The notes below the pieces were generated by a model that worked only from the letters and a program-made list of their open reading frames with translations, ran no database searches and was not told the DNA's origin. A DNA stretch of 43,772 nucleotides from an uncultured bacterium (GTDB taxonomy: Bacteria; Cyanobacteriota; Cyanobacteriia; Cyanobacteriales; Cyanobacteriaceae): positions 1 through 43,772 of the forward strand of contig CAZWLZ010000001.1 of assembly GCA_964634505.1 (NCBI GenBank), given 5' to 3'. Positions 40,242-43,772 of this stretch are shown in pieces. The translations under genes were made by a program, and so were the position numbers. Every line of letters begins with the position of its first letter. Within the stretch, counting starts at the first letter, position 1.

Positions 40242-40892
40242 GTGAAAAACCAAATTAATTTACGCATTCCTATATCTCCCTATTTCTTTTGTGATGGTGA
40301 TGGATATGTACTTACCTCCGCTAGTTTGGGGGGTAGTGCTTTAACTCCTAGTCAAATTTCTGACATTGTTTTAAACGGTTCAGCCCAAGATATTGCTCCC
40401 TTATTAGATCAGGGGATTTGTATGCCGATACTTTTCAATGGTTATTGTGTCTTAGATCGCAAAACACTTTTTGTAATTGGGGATTTAACAAATCAAGAAC
40501 AGAACGACTGGTGCGCCCGACTTACTTGGAAACTCAATATTCCCTGTGGGAAATTAATCTTACTGTGTAGCTGTGTCGCTGAAGATTTGTCTCATGCAAT
40601 TTCGGGAAAACCGCCTAGAGAGAATTTTATGATTTTTCAAGTAATAGATGTACCACCCGATTTTTATGAGGTTAATATCTATGCTTACTCATCAAGTCCA
40701 ACTTTTATGGAAACCCTTGATGATGAAGAATATGAAAGGTATCAAGAAAAGCTCGAATCAGACTTAGATGACTACGATAATGAGGGTAAACTAACTTCAG
40801 TGGGCTATATCATTTGCCTTTCACCTCTTAATGGGGAACTTCCGCTACCAGAAATGACTGGTTCATGGTTTGAGAAATTTACTTTTCGCTAG
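40242..40892 (+). CDS. Hypothetical 216-aa acidic-tailed partner protein (mirror copy of 2881..3531)
   Basis: Exact mirror; GTG start at 40242. Confidence 0.6.
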   Translation: MKNQINLRIPISPYFFCDGDGYVLTSASLGGSALTPSQISDIVLNGSAQDIAPLLDQGICMPILFNGYCVLDRKTLFVIGDLTNQEQNDWCARLTWKLNIPCGKLILLCSCVAEDLSHAISGKPPRENFMIFQVIDVPPDFYEVNIYAYSSSPTFMETLDDEEYERYQEKLESDLDDYDNEGKLTSVGYIICLSPLNGELPLPEMTGSWFEKFTFR

Positions 40893-41129
40893 GTGCTAAT
40901 TTAAGGGTTATCCGCTGTAATTACCAGAAACAAATACATGGTAAAACATCCTATAATATCACTACTTAAGTTTAAGTTAGCTGTTAGGCTTCTGAAAAGC
41001 AAGTATTTTTCAAACTAATTTAAAAGGACAAAAACTGGTTAATTCTGCATCACCTTTCAAATCTGAAATGGCGATCTCCTAAAATCGAAGGTTTTGTCTC
41101 AATAAAAGAAAGTAATGTCAAATAAATAA

Positions 41130-41915
41130 ATGTTAACAAGTATTAAAAATCCTTTGATTAAGGAAATTAGAAAATTACATAATGCTAAAGAAAGACACAA
41201 ACAAAATTTATTTTTGATTGAAGGTAAAAATTCCTTAGAAGTAGTCAGTCAAATTAATTATCCTTTAAAAACTTTAATTACTACTTCTCAATGGCAACAA
41301 GAAAATAATAATTTATGGCAAAGTTTAACAAGACTGGCTTTAAAAGTAGAAACTGTAGCCCCAGAAATTCTTAAATTTATTGCTACTACTGTTAACCCAG
41401 ACGGTGTTTTAGCTATAGCTTCTCGGGATAATTGGCGAAAAAAAATGCCCGAGTCTATCAAATTAGGTTTAATTTTAGAATCAATTCAAGACCCCGGCAA
41501 TTTAGGTACAATAATTCGCACGGCAGTGGCTACTAATGTTGATTGTTTATGGCTTAGTAATGATAGTGTTGATTTTGATCATCCTAAAGTTATGAGGGCT
41601 TCTGCTGGAGAATGGTTTAAAATTAATATGATCAATTCTGATGATTTGCTGACAGTGGTTAAATTTTATCAAAATCAAGGAATGCAAATTATTGCTACTT
41701 TACCTACCGCCACTAAAACTTATTGGCAATTAGATTTTACCCTTCCTAGTTTAATTTTATTCGGTAATGAAAGTAAGGGTTTATCTTCTTCTTTAAATCA
41801 AATTGCTGATCAAAAAGTTACTATTCCTCTTCTTAATGAGGTGGAATCTCTTAACGTGGCGATCGCCAATTCTCTACTTTTATATGAACGTCAAAGACAA
41901 TTAATGGTTAAATAA
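41130..41915 (+). CDS. TrmH/SpoU-family RNA methyltransferase (mirror copy of 1858..2643)
   Basis: Exact mirror; identical 261-aa protein. Confidence 0.85.
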   Translation: MLTSIKNPLIKEIRKLHNAKERHKQNLFLIEGKNSLEVVSQINYPLKTLITTSQWQQENNNLWQSLTRLALKVETVAPEILKFIATTVNPDGVLAIASRDNWRKKMPESIKLGLILESIQDPGNLGTIIRTAVATNVDCLWLSNDSVDFDHPKVMRASAGEWFKINMINSDDLLTVVKFYQNQGMQIIATLPTATKTYWQLDFTLPSLILFGNESKGLSSSLNQIADQKVTIPLLNEVESLNVAIANSLLLYERQRQLMVK

Positions 41916-42007
41916 GAGTTAAATTAATTGAGCAAATATTTGTCTTGTTGACATTTTAGAAAACAACAATTATTCTTGAATATCAAGTCACAACCAAAGG
42001 AGATAAA

Positions 42008-42718
42008 ATGGATTTATCAAACGCTAACACCGCCAAAAACTTAGAAGCAGCTTTTGGGGGAGAATCGATGGCTAATCGTAAATATTTATTTTTTGCTGAA
42101 CTTACTAAAGAACTTGGTTTTAAGGAGTTATCAAAATTATTTAAAGAAACCGCTAATCAAGAAACAGAACACGCTTTCGCCCATTTTCGCCTTATTCATC
42201 CTGAATTAGTTGTGGATACAAGTCAATTAACAGATGAACAAAAAAAACAAATTGCCACTCGTTGTTTAGAATTGGCGATCGAAGGGGAAACTTATGAATA
42301 TACTACTATGTATCCTGAATTTGCCAGTCAAGCAAAAATGGATCGGGATGAATCAGCACAAGCAGAATTTGAAGCCCAAGAAACCGAATCAAAACAACAC
42401 GCCGCTATTTTTCGTAAAGCAGCACAAAACTTTGCTTTTTTAACTAGCATTGAAAATCATCACGCCAATCAATATACAGAAGCCCTTAATATTTTAGACG
42501 GTAAAGAAGCCATACCAAAAATTGTTGATGATAATCCTCTTACTCGCAAATGGATTTGTCGTCAATGTTCCATGATTTATGATCCTGTAGTAGGAGATAT
42601 TGACAGTGGAATCCCTGCTGGTACTGCTTTTGAAGAGATTCCCGATGATTGGTATTGTCCTATTTGTGGGGCACAGAAAAAACTTTTTGTTCCTTATGAA
42701 GAGGCGATCGCCAAGTAA
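42008..42718 (+). CDS. Rubrerythrin-rubredoxin fusion protein (mirror copy of 1055..1765)
   Basis: Exact mirror; identical 236-aa protein. Confidence 0.88.
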   Translation: MDLSNANTAKNLEAAFGGESMANRKYLFFAELTKELGFKELSKLFKETANQETEHAFAHFRLIHPELVVDTSQLTDEQKKQIATRCLELAIEGETYEYTTMYPEFASQAKMDRDESAQAEFEAQETESKQHAAIFRKAAQNFAFLTSIENHHANQYTEALNILDGKEAIPKIVDDNPLTRKWICRQCSMIYDPVVGDIDSGIPAGTAFEEIPDDWYCPICGAQKKLFVPYEEAIAK

Positions 42719-42734
42719 TTGATAGCACAAATAA

Positions 42735-42749
42735 GGGGTTTAAAACCCC
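42735..42749. terminator. Bidirectional terminator hairpin (mirror copy of 1024..1038)
   Basis: GGGGTTT-A-AAACCCC was read directly at 42735-42749. Confidence 0.5.
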
Positions 42750-42780
42750 TATGATAATATGGTAATATTTTAATTATTTG

Positions 42781-43398
42781 CTAATTAACTAATTTTTTGG
42801 GAGAAAGAAACATAATCATATTACGCCCTTCTTTTTTGGGAATTTGTTGAATTTCAGCCATTTCTTTTAAATCTAGTGCCATTCTATCCAACAATTCTTT
42901 AGCCAAATGAGAATGTTGAATTTCTCTTCCCCTAAAGTTAACCGTTGCCTTAACTTTATCCCCCGATTGCAAAAATCGTTTTGCTTGACTAACTCTTACT
43001 TGGTAATCATGTTCGTCAATTTTGTAGCGCATTTTAACTTCTTTAACTTGGACAGTATGTTGTTTTTTGCGCAGTATTTTTGCTTTCTTTTCCTGTTCAA
43101 ATTTAAACTTCCCGTAATCCATTATTCTACATACGGGCGGACTAGATGTTTCACTGACTAACACCAAATCTAACTGCTTTTCCTGAGCAATTTTTAACGC
43201 CTCTTTATGAGTAATAATACCTAACTGTTCCCCATCTGGATCAATAACTCGAAGTTCAGCATAAGGAATATTATTATTAATTTTAGGAATTTCTCGACGA
43301 GCAGAATTTTTTTTGCTCGGAATACTTATATTATTGTTATTGTTAATGTTATTACTACTATTGTTATTTGTGTTGTTATTGTTATTGCTATATGTCAC
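42781..43398 (-). CDS. infC: Translation initiation factor IF-3 (mirror copy of 375..992)
   Basis: Exact mirror; identical 205-aa protein. Confidence 0.93.
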   Translation of the reverse strand: MTYSNNNNNTNNNSSNNINNNNNISIPSKKNSARREIPKINNNIPYAELRVIDPDGEQLGIITHKEALKIAQEKQLDLVLVSETSSPPVCRIMDYGKFKFEQEKKAKILRKKQHTVQVKEVKMRYKIDEHDYQVRVSQAKRFLQSGDKVKATVNFRGREIQHSHLAKELLDRMALDLKEMAEIQQIPKKEGRNMIMFLSPKKLVN

Positions 43399-43720
43399 AG
43401 GCTTTCGTCAGTTTCTCCAGTTACTTGATAGATAATAAAACAAATTATATTTATGATTAATTAAATCTTTTTTCTATTGTACTAATGATTTTCAAATTTA
43501 GATCAATATTTTTTCTTATTTTTTCTTGATTTTCTAAATTTACTATTTATTTCATCTCTCTTCGTTTGACTTAAACACTTTATTTTAATAACTTTTACCT
43601 ACTTATTTTGCTTAAAAATTTGGCGATCGCCATCAAGGAAAAAAGATAAAAATAAAAATTTTTTTTTTTACAAAATTTAACATGATAAGTTAAAATACTC
43701 TAGTTTAATTAATAGAGACT

Positions 43721-43772
43721 ATGGAAATACCCCAACTAATTTTTAACGGTATTGCCGTTGGTAGCATCATTG
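43721..43772 (+). CDS. 5' fragment of LivH-like ABC permease gene (mirror copy of 1..52)
   Basis: ATGGAAATACCCCAACTAATTTTTAACGGTATTGCCGTTGGTAGCATCATTG was read directly at the window end. Confidence 0.3.
   Translation, partial: MEIPQLIFNGIAVGSII

Larger units (their letters stand above)
21887..43772. repeat. Right arm: exact reverse complement of 1..21886
   Basis: Same evidence as the left arm. Base-by-base identity was checked only at the ends, the centre, one intergenic stretch and (through identical proteins) all ORFs. Confidence 0.97.

Noticed and set aside
1-43772. A genuine biological palindrome: a head-to-head replicative dimer of a hairpin-telomere linear replicon, a plastid-like large inverted repeat, or a palindromic gene amplification
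   Set aside because: The gene content is single-copy chromosomal housekeeping with no replication, partition or telomere-resolvase genes. There is no unique spacer or loop at the axis, and the outer end of the unique arm truncates a gene. An artefact is much more parsimonious. I keep it as an alternative in finding 1 because only read-level data can settle it.
1-43772. Search for CRISPR arrays, tRNA/rRNA genes, IS elements, integrases and prophage genes
   Set aside because: I saw no regularly spaced direct repeats, no GC-rich cloverleaf-like segments in the intergenic regions, and no ORF with transposase, integrase or phage-structural motifs. The only repeat structures are HIP1 octamers, the window-wide palindrome and the small elements listed above.

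Overview
The main result is structural. The whole 43,772-nt window is one perfect palindrome with no spacer. Positions 21887..43772 are the exact reverse complement of 1..21886, with the symmetry axis between 21886 and 21887. Every ORF at a..b has an identical-protein twin at 43773-b..43773-a on the other strand. I also read the two termini, the centre and one intergenic stretch directly, and all are mirrored. So there are only 21,886 bp of unique sequence, and every right-arm feature is a mirror copy. The most likely cause is a fold-back or chimeric assembly or read artefact, and this should be resolved before any biological interpretation.

The unique arm looks like ordinary chromosomal DNA from an AT-rich cyanobacterium. 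It has 12 full HIP1 octamers (GCGATCGC) per arm. The gene products are most similar to Synechocystis-type infC, rpoZ, crtB, sufCD and a plastoquinone-type ubiA. It carries 21 complete CDS plus one truncated CDS:
- infC
- a rubrerythrin-rubredoxin fusion
- a TrmH-family methyltransferase
- rpoZ
- ung
- a radical SAM protein followed by a SAM methyltransferase
- an AmyA-like GH13 alpha-amylase
- ubiA
- crtB
- sufD and sufC
- a DUF2993-like protein
- an orphan TRAP solute-binding lipoprotein
- a GH57 glucan enzyme

The only accessory-looking segment is a roughly 3.1 kb insert between trmH and rpoZ (2644..5755, mirror 38018..41129). It has visibly higher GC and no HIP1 site. It encodes two genes. 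One is a 593-aa protein with seven C-x3-H...C-x2-C zinc-ribbon repeats around a PD-(D/E)xK/Vsr-like nuclease core. The other is a 216-aa unknown protein with an acidic tail. This pair is the best candidate for an undescribed system (defence, toxin-immunity or a selfish nuclease).

I saw no rRNA, tRNA, CRISPR array, transposase or integrase.
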